Source of the DNA: Candidatus Omnitrophota bacterium
GTDB lineage: Bacteria; Omnitrophota; Gorgyraeia; B26-G9; JBDRCZ01
Length of the DNA: 64,000 nt
Direction: 5' to 3'
Assembly (NCBI GenBank): GCA_043821285.1
Contig: JBDRCZ010000109.1
Coordinates: forward strand, 4,302 to 68,301
The notes beneath the pieces were generated by a model. The model ran no database searches and was not told the DNA's origin. It saw only the letters and a list, made by a program, of their open reading frames with translations. This document shows positions 40,274-50,141 of the stretch, one piece after another (position 1 is the stretch's first letter; every line of letters begins with the position of its first letter). A program made the translations under genes and the position numbers.

Positions 40274-41016
40274 AAATAAAATTAGAAATATTTGAAGGAC
40301 CGCTGGATTTATTACTTTATCTGATAAAAAAAGATCATTTAAATATTTATGATATTCCGATTGCCAAGATAACGGATCAGTACTTGCAGTATCTTGAGCT
40401 GATGAAACTTCTTGATTTGAATATTGCCGGTGAGTTTTTGGTTATGGCGGCAACCCTGATGCATATAAAATCAAAAATGCTCCTGCCGCCTGAGGAAAAT
40501 ATCGCCAATCAGGAAGAAGATGATGACTCATATGCGGAATTAGTAAAAAGATTGGTCGAATACAAAAAATTTAAAGAAGTGGCAATGTCCCTGCAGAAAA
40601 AAGAACAAGAACAGCAAAAGATTTACCGCCGTTTTTCTCATGAGCAGCCAGAAGGAGAAACCGAGGTATTTTTCGAAGCAACATTGTTTGATTTAATTAC
40701 TGCCTTCTCAAAGGCATTACAAGAAGTCCCCCGTGATGTCTTTTATGAGGTGATAAAAGATGAATTCAACGTCGAAGGCAAAATGCACGATTTACTGCAT
40801 GTTTTGGCCGTGCAGCATGAGGTGAGTTTAAAAAATTTATTTGAACAATCAAAAAACAAACAAGAGATTATTGCAACTTTTCTTGCGGTATTAGAGCTTA
40901 TTCGGCTGAAAGAAATTGTTGTTGTGCAAAAAGTGGTTTTTGGTGAAATCATAATTATGCCAAATAACCAAATGATTTATACACCAATGATCGCAGATGC
41001 TGAGAGTAGTATATAG
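40270..41016 (+). CDS. scpA: Segregation and condensation protein A
   Basis: ScpA family N-terminus (…LDLLLYLIKK…). Followed by scpB. Confidence 0.8.
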   Translation: MKIKLEIFEGPLDLLLYLIKKDHLNIYDIPIAKITDQYLQYLELMKLLDLNIAGEFLVMAATLMHIKSKMLLPPEENIANQEEDDDSYAELVKRLVEYKKFKEVAMSLQKKEQEQQKIYRRFSHEQPEGETEVFFEATLFDLITAFSKALQEVPRDVFYEVIKDEFNVEGKMHDLLHVLAVQHEVSLKNLFEQSKNKQEIIATFLAVLELIRLKEIVVVQKVVFGEIIIMPNNQMIYTPMIADAESSI

Positions 41017-41115
41017 TATGTCGTATATTGTATATCGTTACGTTTACTGTTAACCGTGTACTGTTTAACAAAAAAGCAATCAGAATGAAGAAAATTTTAA
41101 TTAATAAAATAAGGT

Positions 41116-41760
41116 ATGAATATAACCGATATTAAAAAAATTATTGAAGCAATATTATTTGTCAGTAACCGTGCGGTTACCCTTGACCAGCTTAAGGCAG
41201 TAATCACTGATGTCGAGTTGAAAGATATAAAGGCCGCGATTACTTCCTTAAAGGAAGATTACCAGCAAAATCATCACGGGATACATTTGATGGAGGTAGC
41301 TGGCGGATATTTGCTTTGTACTGATCCATTTTGTGAGCCTTGGCTTAAAAAATTATTTAAATCTAAACAAATTGTGCGTCTTAGTGGACCGTCTTTAGAA
41401 ACATTGTCAATTATTGCCTACAAACAGCCGGTGACCCGGCCGGAAATAGAAATAATTCGTGGAGTAAATGTAGAAGGTGTGCTGAAAACGCTCATGGAAC
41501 GGGGACTGGTAATGATAAAAGGTCGAAGAGAGTCACCCGGCAGACCAATCGTCTATGGTACCACCGAACAGTTCTTGGAATATTTTGGGTTGAAATCATT
41601 GAAAGACCTGCCGCCTTTAGATAGTTTTATTAAGGAGCAGGATGTAAAGGTACCGGCTGAAATTGGTGAGCCAGAAAAAATCGATGGTTTGGAAAATAAA
41701 GGAGAATTGCAGCCAGTTATCGCAGATACAATGCTTTTAGAAGAAAAGCCGGTTGAATAA
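41116..41760 (+). CDS. scpB: Segregation and condensation protein B
   Basis: Winged-helix pair typical of ScpB (…IEAILFVS…, …PVTRPEIEIIRGV…). Confidence 0.8.
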   Translation: MNITDIKKIIEAILFVSNRAVTLDQLKAVITDVELKDIKAAITSLKEDYQQNHHGIHLMEVAGGYLLCTDPFCEPWLKKLFKSKQIVRLSGPSLETLSIIAYKQPVTRPEIEIIRGVNVEGVLKTLMERGLVMIKGRRESPGRPIVYGTTEQFLEYFGLKSLKDLPPLDSFIKEQDVKVPAEIGEPEKIDGLENKGELQPVIADTMLLEEKPVE

Positions 41761-41829
41761 TTAAGATATTTAGTGATTCATTTGTCATTTGATATTTGAA
41801 AAAAGGGTCATTCTTATAAAGGGGTAAAT

Positions 41830-42906
41830 ATGATATTGGCAAAACTTCGAAAAAAAATCGATAATTTGGATAAAAATATTATTGGTTTTTTAAATGAACG
41901 CGCAAAGATTGTCTGCAAGATAGGTGCGCTGAAAAAGACCCGGGGAATTGGAGTTTATATGCCGGATAGAGAAAAGCAGATTTATAAGAAGATTACTAAG
42001 CTTAACTCTGGACCGATAAAAAATGAGTCTTTACGTGCGATTTACCGTGAAATTATGTCAAGTTCGTTAAGCATGGAAAAGAAGGTTAAAGTTGCCTATC
42101 TCGGGCCGCCGGCTACTTTTACCCATCTTGCTTCACTAAAAAAATTCGGTTCGTCTGTGGAGTATGTTACCTGTAATAACATCAGTGATGTATTTTGTGA
42201 GGTGGAGAGGGCACGTTGCGATTATGGGGTTGTGCCGGTTGAAAATTCTATTGAAGGAGCAGTGAATCATACCCTGGATATGCTTATTGATTCGGATTTA
42301 AAAATCTGCTCGGAAGTATTATTGAATATTTCGCATAATCTACTGGTAGGTAATTTAAAAGAAAAAATTAAAAAGGTCTATTCCAATCCGCAGGTATTTG
42401 GCCAGTGCCGGATGTGGATAGAGAGTAATCTGCCAGGGGTTGATTTAATAGAGGTTTCCAGTACAACAAAGGCCGCGCAACTGGCGGCAAAAAATAAAAA
42501 TAGTGCGGCAATTGCCAGCAGCTTAGCGGCAGAGCTTTATCATTTGCAGGTGGTCTCAGACTCCATCGAGGATAGTTCGCATAATATTACCCGGTTTTTG
42601 GTTTTGGCCGGGACCACGGCCCTGGCAACAAATAACGATAAGACCTCAATTATTTTTTCGATTAAAGATAAGATCGGCGCGTTACATGAGATGTTGCTTC
42701 CGTTTAAAAATAATAATATTAATTTGACCAAAATTGAATCCCGGCCGTCAAAACGTAAAGCCTGGGATTATTATTTTATTGCTGATTTCAATGGTCATTA
42801 CACGGATAATAAAGTTAAAAAAGCGCTGACCGAATTAGAAAAGAAATGTAGATTCATTAAAATACTTGGATCATATCCCGTGCCAATCGATGAAAATGAT
42901 GATTAA
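41830..42906 (+). CDS. pheA: Bifunctional chorismate mutase / prephenate dehydratase
   Basis: N-terminal CM domain. PDT domain (VAYLGPPATFTHLA). C-terminal ACT domain. Confidence 0.85.
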   Translation: MILAKLRKKIDNLDKNIIGFLNERAKIVCKIGALKKTRGIGVYMPDREKQIYKKITKLNSGPIKNESLRAIYREIMSSSLSMEKKVKVAYLGPPATFTHLASLKKFGSSVEYVTCNNISDVFCEVERARCDYGVVPVENSIEGAVNHTLDMLIDSDLKICSEVLLNISHNLLVGNLKEKIKKVYSNPQVFGQCRMWIESNLPGVDLIEVSSTTKAAQLAAKNKNSAAIASSLAAELYHLQVVSDSIEDSSHNITRFLVLAGTTALATNNDKTSIIFSIKDKIGALHEMLLPFKNNNINLTKIESRPSKRKAWDYYFIADFNGHYTDNKVKKALTELEKKCRFIKILGSYPVPIDENDD

Positions 42907-44005
42907 TCTTGCCAACAGACATATACTGGATTTAAAAACGTATCAGCCTGGAAAACCGATTGAGGAGGTTAAAAGACAGTTAAAATTAAAACGGGTAATT
43001 AAACTTGCCTCAAACGAAAACTCCTTTGGTGTCTCAAAAAAGGCGATACGGGCGGTAAAAAAAGCACTTCCGCGGGTAAATTTTTATCCAGATAGTAATT
43101 GTTTTTATTTGCGAGAAAAGCTGGCAAAGAAATTAAATCTTAGAGGAGAAAATTTAATTTTTGGCAATGGCTCAGACGAGATTATCTTAATGGCCCTGCG
43201 TGCATTTGTTGCGCCAGGCGAAGAAGTAATTGTTGCCCGTCCGACATTTTTGATTTATGAGCAGGCATCGAAAGTGGCCGGGGCAAAGGTCATTACGGTC
43301 CCAATGCGGGGTTTCCGTTATGATTTAAAAAAGATGAAGGAAAAAATAACTTCCAAAACGAAGATGATTTTTATTGCCAATCCCGATAATCCTACCGGGA
43401 GCTACGTAACAAAAACAGAAGTTAATAATTTTTTTAAGGGACTGCCACGGCATGTACTGGTTTATTTTGATGAGGCCTATTATGAGTTTGCCGCGAATAT
43501 AGATTACCCCCAGACACAAAGACTTATTAAGACTATTTCCAATATTATTATTACCCGGAGTTTTTCAAAGGCATATGGGTTAAGCGGACTGCGTATTGGA
43601 TATGGCATTGCGCCGGAGTTAATAATCAGTACATTGAATAAGGTACGTGAACCTTTTAATGTGAATAGTCTGGCCCAGGTTGCCGCCCAGGCCGCCTTAG
43701 ATGATCAAGATTTTATCCGAAAAACATTAAAACTTACAAAAATAGGACGGCGATTTTTATGTGCCGCCTTTAAAGAATTAGGACTGTTTTATGTACCCAG
43801 TGCGGCAAATTTTGTCCTGGTTAATGTGGGCAGAGACAGTACAAAAATTTATAATGCTTTATTAAATAAAGGAATTATTGTGCGTGATATGAAACCGTGG
43901 GGGCTTGAGCGATTTATTCGTGTGACGATTGGTCAAGAAAAACAGAATAAGTATTTTGTAAGAGTATTAAGAGAGGTTTTAGGCGTAACGTCAAAAGTTT
44001 CATAA
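42890..44005 (+). CDS. hisC: Histidinol-phosphate / aromatic aminotransferase (class II PLP fold)
   Basis: …LASNENSFG…, …SFSKAYGLSGLRIGY… (PLP lysine motif). Start ATG 42890 overlaps the pheA end. Confidence 0.8.
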   Translation: MKMMINLANRHILDLKTYQPGKPIEEVKRQLKLKRVIKLASNENSFGVSKKAIRAVKKALPRVNFYPDSNCFYLREKLAKKLNLRGENLIFGNGSDEIILMALRAFVAPGEEVIVARPTFLIYEQASKVAGAKVITVPMRGFRYDLKKMKEKITSKTKMIFIANPDNPTGSYVTKTEVNNFFKGLPRHVLVYFDEAYYEFAANIDYPQTQRLIKTISNIIITRSFSKAYGLSGLRIGYGIAPELIISTLNKVREPFNVNSLAQVAAQAALDDQDFIRKTLKLTKIGRRFLCAAFKELGLFYVPSAANFVLVNVGRDSTKIYNALLNKGIIVRDMKPWGLERFIRVTIGQEKQNKYFVRVLREVLGVTSKVS

Positions 44006-44009
44006 AAAG

Positions 44010-44125
44010 ATAAAATGCAACCACAGATTTAAATAGGTGATTTAAAAGAATAAAATTGTTTTAATCTGTATAATCTGTGGGTGCTTGTACTCTGTGAGTG
44101 CTTAAAAAATATACGAAAGCTTTAG
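44010..44125 (+). repeat. MITE-like dispersed repeat, copy 4
   Basis: aaaatgcaaccacagattt…aatctgtgggtgcttgtactctgtgagtgcttaaaaaatatacgaaagc. Confidence 0.7.
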
Positions 44126-44157
44126 CCATAACCCTGTTGGGGAAGGAGTGATAACTA

Positions 44158-45171
44158 ATGATCATTGTTTTAAAGCAGGGCACAACACAGGAACAGATTG
44201 ATAAGATTAAAAATAGAGTCGAAGCATTGGGATTGAAAACGATGATATCGCAAGGTATCGAACGGACAATAATCGGGGTTATTGGTGAAGAAGATAAGAT
44301 TAGACTGGCTCCGCTTGAGGCATTCTCCTGGGTTGAAAAGGTAATGCCGGTATTAGCACCCTATAAACTTGTCTCACGCGAATTTAAACGTGCAGACAGT
44401 ATAGTTAATATCGGGAATGTTAAAATAGGCGGCAGCAAAATTGTGGTTATTGCCGGTCCTTGTACGATTGAGAATTATGAAATGTTACTTGAGACTGCAA
44501 AGGCCGTAAAGAAAGCTGGGGCAACGGTGTTACGAGGCGGGGCGTTTAAACCGCGTACTTCACCCTATAGTTTTCAAGGGTTAGGTGAAGAAGGACTAAA
44601 AATCATGCATCAGGTCGCAAAAGAAACCGGGCTGGTTACGGTAACAGAAGTTATGGATACGCGGGATGTTGAACTGGTGGCGCGTTATGTGGATATTATG
44701 CAGATTGGGGCAAGAAATATGCAAAATTTTAATTTGCTGAAAGAGGCCGGGATTTGTAAGCGGCCGGTGCTTTTAAAGCGGGGAATGATGTCAACAATTA
44801 AAGAGTGGTTAATGTCGGCAGAATATATTCTCTCGCAAGGTAATTTTGATGTTATTTTATGTGAACGGGGGATAAGGACTTTTGAGGAATATACCCGTAA
44901 TACTACTGATATTAATGCTGCGGCTTTGGTTAAATATCTAAGTCATCTGCCGGTTATTTTGGACCCCAGCCATGCAACCGGTAAATGGAATTTAGTTGCC
45001 CCGGTATCAAAGGCAGGGATTGCCGCTGGTGCGGATGGTTTAATGATCGAGGTTCATCCCCGGCCGGAGGAGGCGGTTTCTGACGGCGTGCAGTCATTAA
45101 GATTTGAAAATTTTAATACCTTAATGCAAGAATTAGTGCCAATAGCAAAAGCGGTGAACAGAACGATCTGA
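44158..45171 (+). CDS. aroF: 3-deoxy-7-phosphoheptulonate (DAHP) synthase, type I-beta with N-terminal regulatory domain
   Basis: N-terminal ferredoxin-like domain followed by a KDO8PS/DAHPS TIM barrel (…IAGPCTIEN…, …GARNMQNF…, …DPSHATG…). Confidence 0.8.
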   Translation: MIIVLKQGTTQEQIDKIKNRVEALGLKTMISQGIERTIIGVIGEEDKIRLAPLEAFSWVEKVMPVLAPYKLVSREFKRADSIVNIGNVKIGGSKIVVIAGPCTIENYEMLLETAKAVKKAGATVLRGGAFKPRTSPYSFQGLGEEGLKIMHQVAKETGLVTVTEVMDTRDVELVARYVDIMQIGARNMQNFNLLKEAGICKRPVLLKRGMMSTIKEWLMSAEYILSQGNFDVILCERGIRTFEEYTRNTTDINAAALVKYLSHLPVILDPSHATGKWNLVAPVSKAGIAAGADGLMIEVHPRPEEAVSDGVQSLRFENFNTLMQELVPIAKAVNRTI

Positions 45172-45172
45172 T

Positions 45173-46045
45173 ATGAAAAAGCCTCAATGTATTACAATAA
45201 TTGGTGTGGGGTTAATTGGCGGGGCGATGGGGATGATTTTAAAAAAGAAAAAACTAGCCCGCGAGATTATTGGGGTTACCCGGCACAAGCATAGTCTAAA
45301 TAATGCTAAGCGATTAAAAGCAATTGACCGGGGGACGTTGAATGTAGAACTTGCCGTAAAAGATGCGGATATTGTTGTCTTGGCAATGCCGGTAGGTAAA
45401 ATGTTTGCCATGGTAAAAGATATCAAAGCATTCCTTAAACCAGGATGTATTTTGACTGATGTGGGAAGCACAAAAACAGAAGTAGTACGCGATATTGAAA
45501 AAATTTTGCCAAAAGGCGTATATTTTGTCGGAGCGCATCCATTAGCCGGTTCAGAAAAATCAGGGGTTTTATCGGCGCACGCGGATTTATTTAAACATAA
45601 CGTATGTATTATAACCCCGACAAAACAGACTAATTATCGTGCACTTACGACAATTAAACAATTATGGAGAAATTTAGGGGCTGATGTTGTTTCGATGAAC
45701 TGCCAAAGACATGATAAAATAGTTGCAGAAATTTCCCATCTTCCGCATATTTTAAGCGTTTCGCTGGTCAATACTGTTTCGCAAAAATTTTTGCGATATG
45801 CGGCTGGTGGTTTTAAAGACGTAAGCCGCTTGGCTGGTGCCGAGGCGGTGATCTGGCAGGATATATTCACGACAAACAGAGAAAATGTATGTATTGCGAT
45901 CAATAAGTATATAAAAATACTAACCAAGATAAATACTCTCCTTAAACAAGAGAATTCTCTATGTAACCTGCGGCTGTTGAAAATTTTGCAACATGCAAAA
46001 AAAATAAAAGATGAAACAGTCCTCCAAAAAAATAATTGCAATTGA
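45173..46045 (+). CDS. tyrA: Prephenate dehydrogenase
   Basis: Rossmann ITIIGVGLIGGAMG. PDH family. Inside the aromatic amino-acid cluster. Confidence 0.8.
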   Translation: MKKPQCITIIGVGLIGGAMGMILKKKKLAREIIGVTRHKHSLNNAKRLKAIDRGTLNVELAVKDADIVVLAMPVGKMFAMVKDIKAFLKPGCILTDVGSTKTEVVRDIEKILPKGVYFVGAHPLAGSEKSGVLSAHADLFKHNVCIITPTKQTNYRALTTIKQLWRNLGADVVSMNCQRHDKIVAEISHLPHILSVSLVNTVSQKFLRYAAGGFKDVSRLAGAEAVIWQDIFTTNRENVCIAINKYIKILTKINTLLKQENSLCNLRLLKILQHAKKIKDETVLQKNNCN

Positions 46046-46703
46046 CGGTCCGGCCGGTTCAGGTAAAAGTACGGTTGCCAAAATTGTTGCCGAGAAACTT
46101 GGTTTTTTATATATTGATACTGGAGCAATGTACCGTGCCCTGACGCTTAAAGCGCTGCAGAATAATATTAATCTAAAAGATGAGGATAAACTGGTTAAGC
46201 TATGCCAGGGGTCACGGATAAAACTGTTGCCGGTAAATAACCACTTGAGAGTTTATATTGATCGTAAAGATGTTACTGGAGATATTCGTTTGCCTTATGT
46301 TTCTAACAATGTCTATTATGTTGCGCGTTGTCCCGGGGTGAGGCAAATCATGGTAGAGATGCAACGCGATTTGGCCGGTGAATTTAACGTTGTGATGGAA
46401 GGACGGGATATTGGCACGGTTGTTTTTCCGCATGCCGGTAAAAAATTTTATCTTGATGCTGATTTTAACGAAAGGGTCTTACGCCGGCTTAAAGAACTAA
46501 AATTAGATAAAAATAATAAAGATTTAACTTTTGAAAAGGTAGCCGAAGATATAAAAAATCGAGACAAACGGGATATGTTACGTATTGTGGCCCCGCTTAA
46601 AAAGGCCGCTGATGCGGTATGTATTGATACGACAAATTTGAATATAGAAGAAGTGGTAGATAAAATAATGATAATTGTCCAGTGTCAAAAAAATAAGATT
46701 TAG
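46011..46703 (+). CDS. cmk: Cytidylate kinase
   Basis: IIAIDGPAGSGKSTVAK P-loop. Cmk family. Confidence 0.9.
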   Translation: MKQSSKKIIAIDGPAGSGKSTVAKIVAEKLGFLYIDTGAMYRALTLKALQNNINLKDEDKLVKLCQGSRIKLLPVNNHLRVYIDRKDVTGDIRLPYVSNNVYYVARCPGVRQIMVEMQRDLAGEFNVVMEGRDIGTVVFPHAGKKFYLDADFNERVLRRLKELKLDKNNKDLTFEKVAEDIKNRDKRDMLRIVAPLKKAADAVCIDTTNLNIEEVVDKIMIIVQCQKNKI

Positions 46704-46754
46704 ACCTCTATTTTTTAACCACAGAACCACAAATGACACAGATTTAAAGAAATA

Positions 46755-46795
46755 AGCCAAATATCCGCCACAAAGATTGGCGGATTAAATTCCGA
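46755..46795 (+). repeat. REP-like element
   Basis: atatccgccacaaagattggcggattaaattccg. Confidence 0.5.
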
Positions 46796-46912
46796 CAGAT
46801 AAGTTTACAGCACCTTCGGGTTTGTAACTTATCTGTCGTCATTTAAGGAATAAATTTTTGCCGCGGATTAACACTGATAGAACACGGATAAAAAAAGAAT
46901 ATATCCAATCAC

Positions 46913-47551
46913 ATGGCACGTAAATTATTTTATCATTGCTGCCGTTTTCTGCTCTGGATTCTATTTAAAACATTATTTTTTTATCAAGCACACCATGGAC
47001 AGAAACTGCCGGAAGGCGGTTTTATTATTGCCGCAAATCACTTGAGCTTTCTCGATCCGATTGCCGTATGCCTGGGACTGAAAAGAAGAATTGGGTTTAT
47101 GGCGCGAGAGGATTTATTTGATGCCGGGTTATTTAGCTGGTTGATTATGGGCTTGAACTCATTTCCCATAAAAAGAGATGGGGCGGATATTCAGGCATTA
47201 AAAGAAGCGGTTAACCGGTTAAAAAAAGGTGAAATTATCCTGGTTTTTCCTGAAGGTACGCGCAGTCGTACCGGGACACTTCAGCCGGGACAGGCCGGGA
47301 TTGGATTAATTGCCGCACATGCACATGTGCCGGTTATCCCGGTATATATCTACGGAACGAACCGTGCAATGCCGCGGGGCGGACATGCATTTAGGCTGTT
47401 TACTAAAATAGATGTCTATTTTGGCACGCCAATTACGATTGATAAATTAAATGTTAATATTCGGCCGCAAAGGCGTTATCAGAAATTTGCTGATATAGTT
47501 ATGAGTGAGATTGCTAAGACCGGCAAAGGACATGCAGATAAAACTGGCTAA
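46913..47551 (+). CDS. plsC: 1-acyl-sn-glycerol-3-phosphate acyltransferase
   Basis: HxxxxD motif (NHLSFLDP). FPEGTRS motif. Confidence 0.85.
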   Translation: MARKLFYHCCRFLLWILFKTLFFYQAHHGQKLPEGGFIIAANHLSFLDPIAVCLGLKRRIGFMAREDLFDAGLFSWLIMGLNSFPIKRDGADIQALKEAVNRLKKGEIILVFPEGTRSRTGTLQPGQAGIGLIAAHAHVPVIPVYIYGTNRAMPRGGHAFRLFTKIDVYFGTPITIDKLNVNIRPQRRYQKFADIVMSEIAKTGKGHADKTG

Positions 47552-48413
47552 ACATATTGGGTTTTGTTTTGGGGTAAAGCGGGCAGTAAATATTGCTGTT
47601 CATACCCTTGCTGGTAAAAAAAATACGGTCTATGCATCTGGACCGATTATCCATAATCCACAGACGGTCCAGTCCCTGCGCGCTAAAGGCCTAAAGATTG
47701 TAAAAGATATTAACCGCATTAAACGCGGGACTTTGATTGTTTGTTCACATGGCATGGGGCCGCGTATTTTACAAAGGGCAAAAAAAAGGCAGTTGGATAT
47801 TATTGATGCAACCTGTCCGTTTGTCAAAAAAGTACAGGATATTGCCCGGGATTTAAAACGTAACGGATATCATGTAATATTGGTTGGTGATAAAAATCAT
47901 CCAGAGATTAAAGCGATTAAGGAAATCGTTGGCCGGGATATTACCATTATTGAAGATGTGCATAGTGTGATAAAAATGAAATCGAGAAGTAAAAAAATTG
48001 GCATAATTGCCCAGACAACACAGCGCCGGGATAATTATTATCGCATTATCGAGCATATTTTAAAAACTATATTTTGGGGGATAAATGAGGGTTTTAATAA
48101 AATAACCTTGTCTGAAGTAAGAATATTTGATACAATATGTAATGCGACATTATTGCGGCAGCAAGCGGCAAAGGCATTGACAAAGGAAGTTGATTTAATT
48201 TTTGTCATTGGTGGAAAGATGAGCGCAAATACCACCCGTCTGGCGCAGATTTGTTGTATGAGCGGTGTTCGAACATATCATATCGAAAGAGCTGAAGAGA
48301 TAAAAGAAAGCTGGCTTAAGGGGGTAAAGAAAATCGGTATCGCCAGCGGAACATCTACGCCGAAGCAGATAATAAATGCCGTGGTAGAGAAATTGAAAAA
48401 TAATAATTTTTAA
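47532..48413 (+). CDS. ispH: 4-hydroxy-3-methylbut-2-enyl diphosphate reductase
   Basis: MQIKLAKHIGFCFGVKRAV. Conserved Cys ligands. cmk-ispH-rpsA neighbourhood. The ORF track start at 47505 is probably too early. Confidence 0.85.
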   Translation: MQIKLAKHIGFCFGVKRAVNIAVHTLAGKKNTVYASGPIIHNPQTVQSLRAKGLKIVKDINRIKRGTLIVCSHGMGPRILQRAKKRQLDIIDATCPFVKKVQDIARDLKRNGYHVILVGDKNHPEIKAIKEIVGRDITIIEDVHSVIKMKSRSKKIGIIAQTTQRRDNYYRIIEHILKTIFWGINEGFNKITLSEVRIFDTICNATLLRQQAAKALTKEVDLIFVIGGKMSANTTRLAQICCMSGVRTYHIERAEEIKESWLKGVKKIGIASGTSTPKQIINAVVEKLKNNNF

Positions 48414-48452
48414 GTAGTAAAAATAAAAAACTGATAAGGGGGTTGTTATGTT

Positions 48453-50066
48453 ATGCTTAGAAAAAAAATGCAAGGTAAAGATATTGAGAATTTAGCGGGT
48501 ATGGCCGATGTAGAAGGGGTAGAAAGTTTTCTTGCCGAATATAATAAATCAATAAAAAACTTACGCGAAGGCCAGATTATCAAAGGTAAAATTGTCGGGG
48601 TTACCCATAAGGATGTTTTGGTAGATATTGGATATAAGTCTGAAGGGATAATTCCATTAAATGAATTTGAAGCCGGAGAATCGGTGCAGCCAGGTGAAGA
48701 AATTGATATTTTGCTTGAATCTAAAGAAGATGAAAATGGCATGGTGGTTATTTCGAAAAGAAAGGCCGATCGCACCCTTGGCTGGCAGAGGATTATTGAT
48801 AATTTTAGAGAAGGGGATGTTATCGAAGGCAAAGTGATGAAAAAGGTGCGCGGAGGCTTAATGGTCGATATTGGCATCGAAGCATTTTTACCGGCTTCAC
48901 AAGCCGGGAATAAGGCGGCGGTATATAACCTCGATAAATTTGTCGGCCAGAGGTTTAAAACAATTATTTTAAAAATAAATAAAAGCCGTAAAAATATCGT
49001 ACTTTCCCGCAGGGTTTATCTGCAAAAAGAGAAAGAATTGTTGAAAAAGAAATTATTTGAGGAATTGGGCAAGGGACAGATTATCGAAGGCACCGTAAAA
49101 AATATTACGGATTTTGGCGCTTTTATTGATCTCGGCGGAGTTGACGGACTATTACATATTACCGATATGAGCTGGGGCAGAATTTCGCATCCTTCTGAGA
49201 TGTTGGCGATTGGGGATAAGGTTGAGGTAATGGTTCTGGGAATAGATAAAGGTGGTTCAAAAATTTCGTTGGGGCTTAAGCAAAAATTTCCCAGCCCATG
49301 GGAAGACGTGGAGAATAAATACCCGGTAGGTTCAAAAGTTAAAGGAAAAGTGGTAAATATTGTTGCCTATGGCGCATTTATTGAGATGGAGAGTGGGATT
49401 GAAGGGTTAGTACATATTTCCGAACTATCTTGGACGAAAAGGATTACGCATCCTTCGGAGATGCTGGCAATTGGTGATATTGTCGAGGCTAAGGTTCTAA
49501 GCTTAGATAAAGAACATCAAAAAATTGCCTTAGGAATAAAACACCTTGAAGTTGATCCATGGCAGGGTGTTGCCCAGCGATATCCGGCGGGGACAAAAGT
49601 TAAGGGCAAAATACGAAATGCTACGGAATACGGAGTTTTTGTGGAGCTTGAAACAGGAATAGAAGGTTTGATTCATATTTCGGACATGTCCTGGACAAAG
49701 AAAATTACCACTTTGCATGAGTTTTTAAAAAAAGGACAAAAGGTCGAGACCATTGTCTTATCTACTGATGAGATAAATCATAAAATATCACTGGGACTGA
49801 AACAATTAACAGATGATCCCTGGCCAAGCTATACAAAAAAATATGTTCTTGGTAGTGAATGGGAAGGAACAATATCCGCTATTTCTGAACAAAGCATCTC
49901 TATAGAATTAACCAGTGATTTGGAGGGGATATTGACCATTCCGGAGTTGAACGCTAAACCAGAAACTAACTTACAACTTTCTTATAACGTTGGAGATACG
50001 ATAAAGGTAAAGATAGCTGAAATAGATGAACCGCAGCGTAAGATTTTGCTTGTGTCGGCTAGATAA
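48453..50066 (+). CDS. rpsA: 30S ribosomal protein S1
   Basis: Six S1 domains with repeated …GxVxxIxxFGAFVxL…HISE… units. Confidence 0.9.
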   Translation: MLRKKMQGKDIENLAGMADVEGVESFLAEYNKSIKNLREGQIIKGKIVGVTHKDVLVDIGYKSEGIIPLNEFEAGESVQPGEEIDILLESKEDENGMVVISKRKADRTLGWQRIIDNFREGDVIEGKVMKKVRGGLMVDIGIEAFLPASQAGNKAAVYNLDKFVGQRFKTIILKINKSRKNIVLSRRVYLQKEKELLKKKLFEELGKGQIIEGTVKNITDFGAFIDLGGVDGLLHITDMSWGRISHPSEMLAIGDKVEVMVLGIDKGGSKISLGLKQKFPSPWEDVENKYPVGSKVKGKVVNIVAYGAFIEMESGIEGLVHISELSWTKRITHPSEMLAIGDIVEAKVLSLDKEHQKIALGIKHLEVDPWQGVAQRYPAGTKVKGKIRNATEYGVFVELETGIEGLIHISDMSWTKKITTLHEFLKKGQKVETIVLSTDEINHKISLGLKQLTDDPWPSYTKKYVLGSEWEGTISAISEQSISIELTSDLEGILTIPELNAKPETNLQLSYNVGDTIKVKIAEIDEPQRKILLVSAR

Positions 50067-50141
50067 AAAGTGGCTACGGGTATTAAGCCGTGTGGCACTA
50101 CCGCGGTAAAAATGCGGCAAGGTAAAGCAATAGGTATAATA

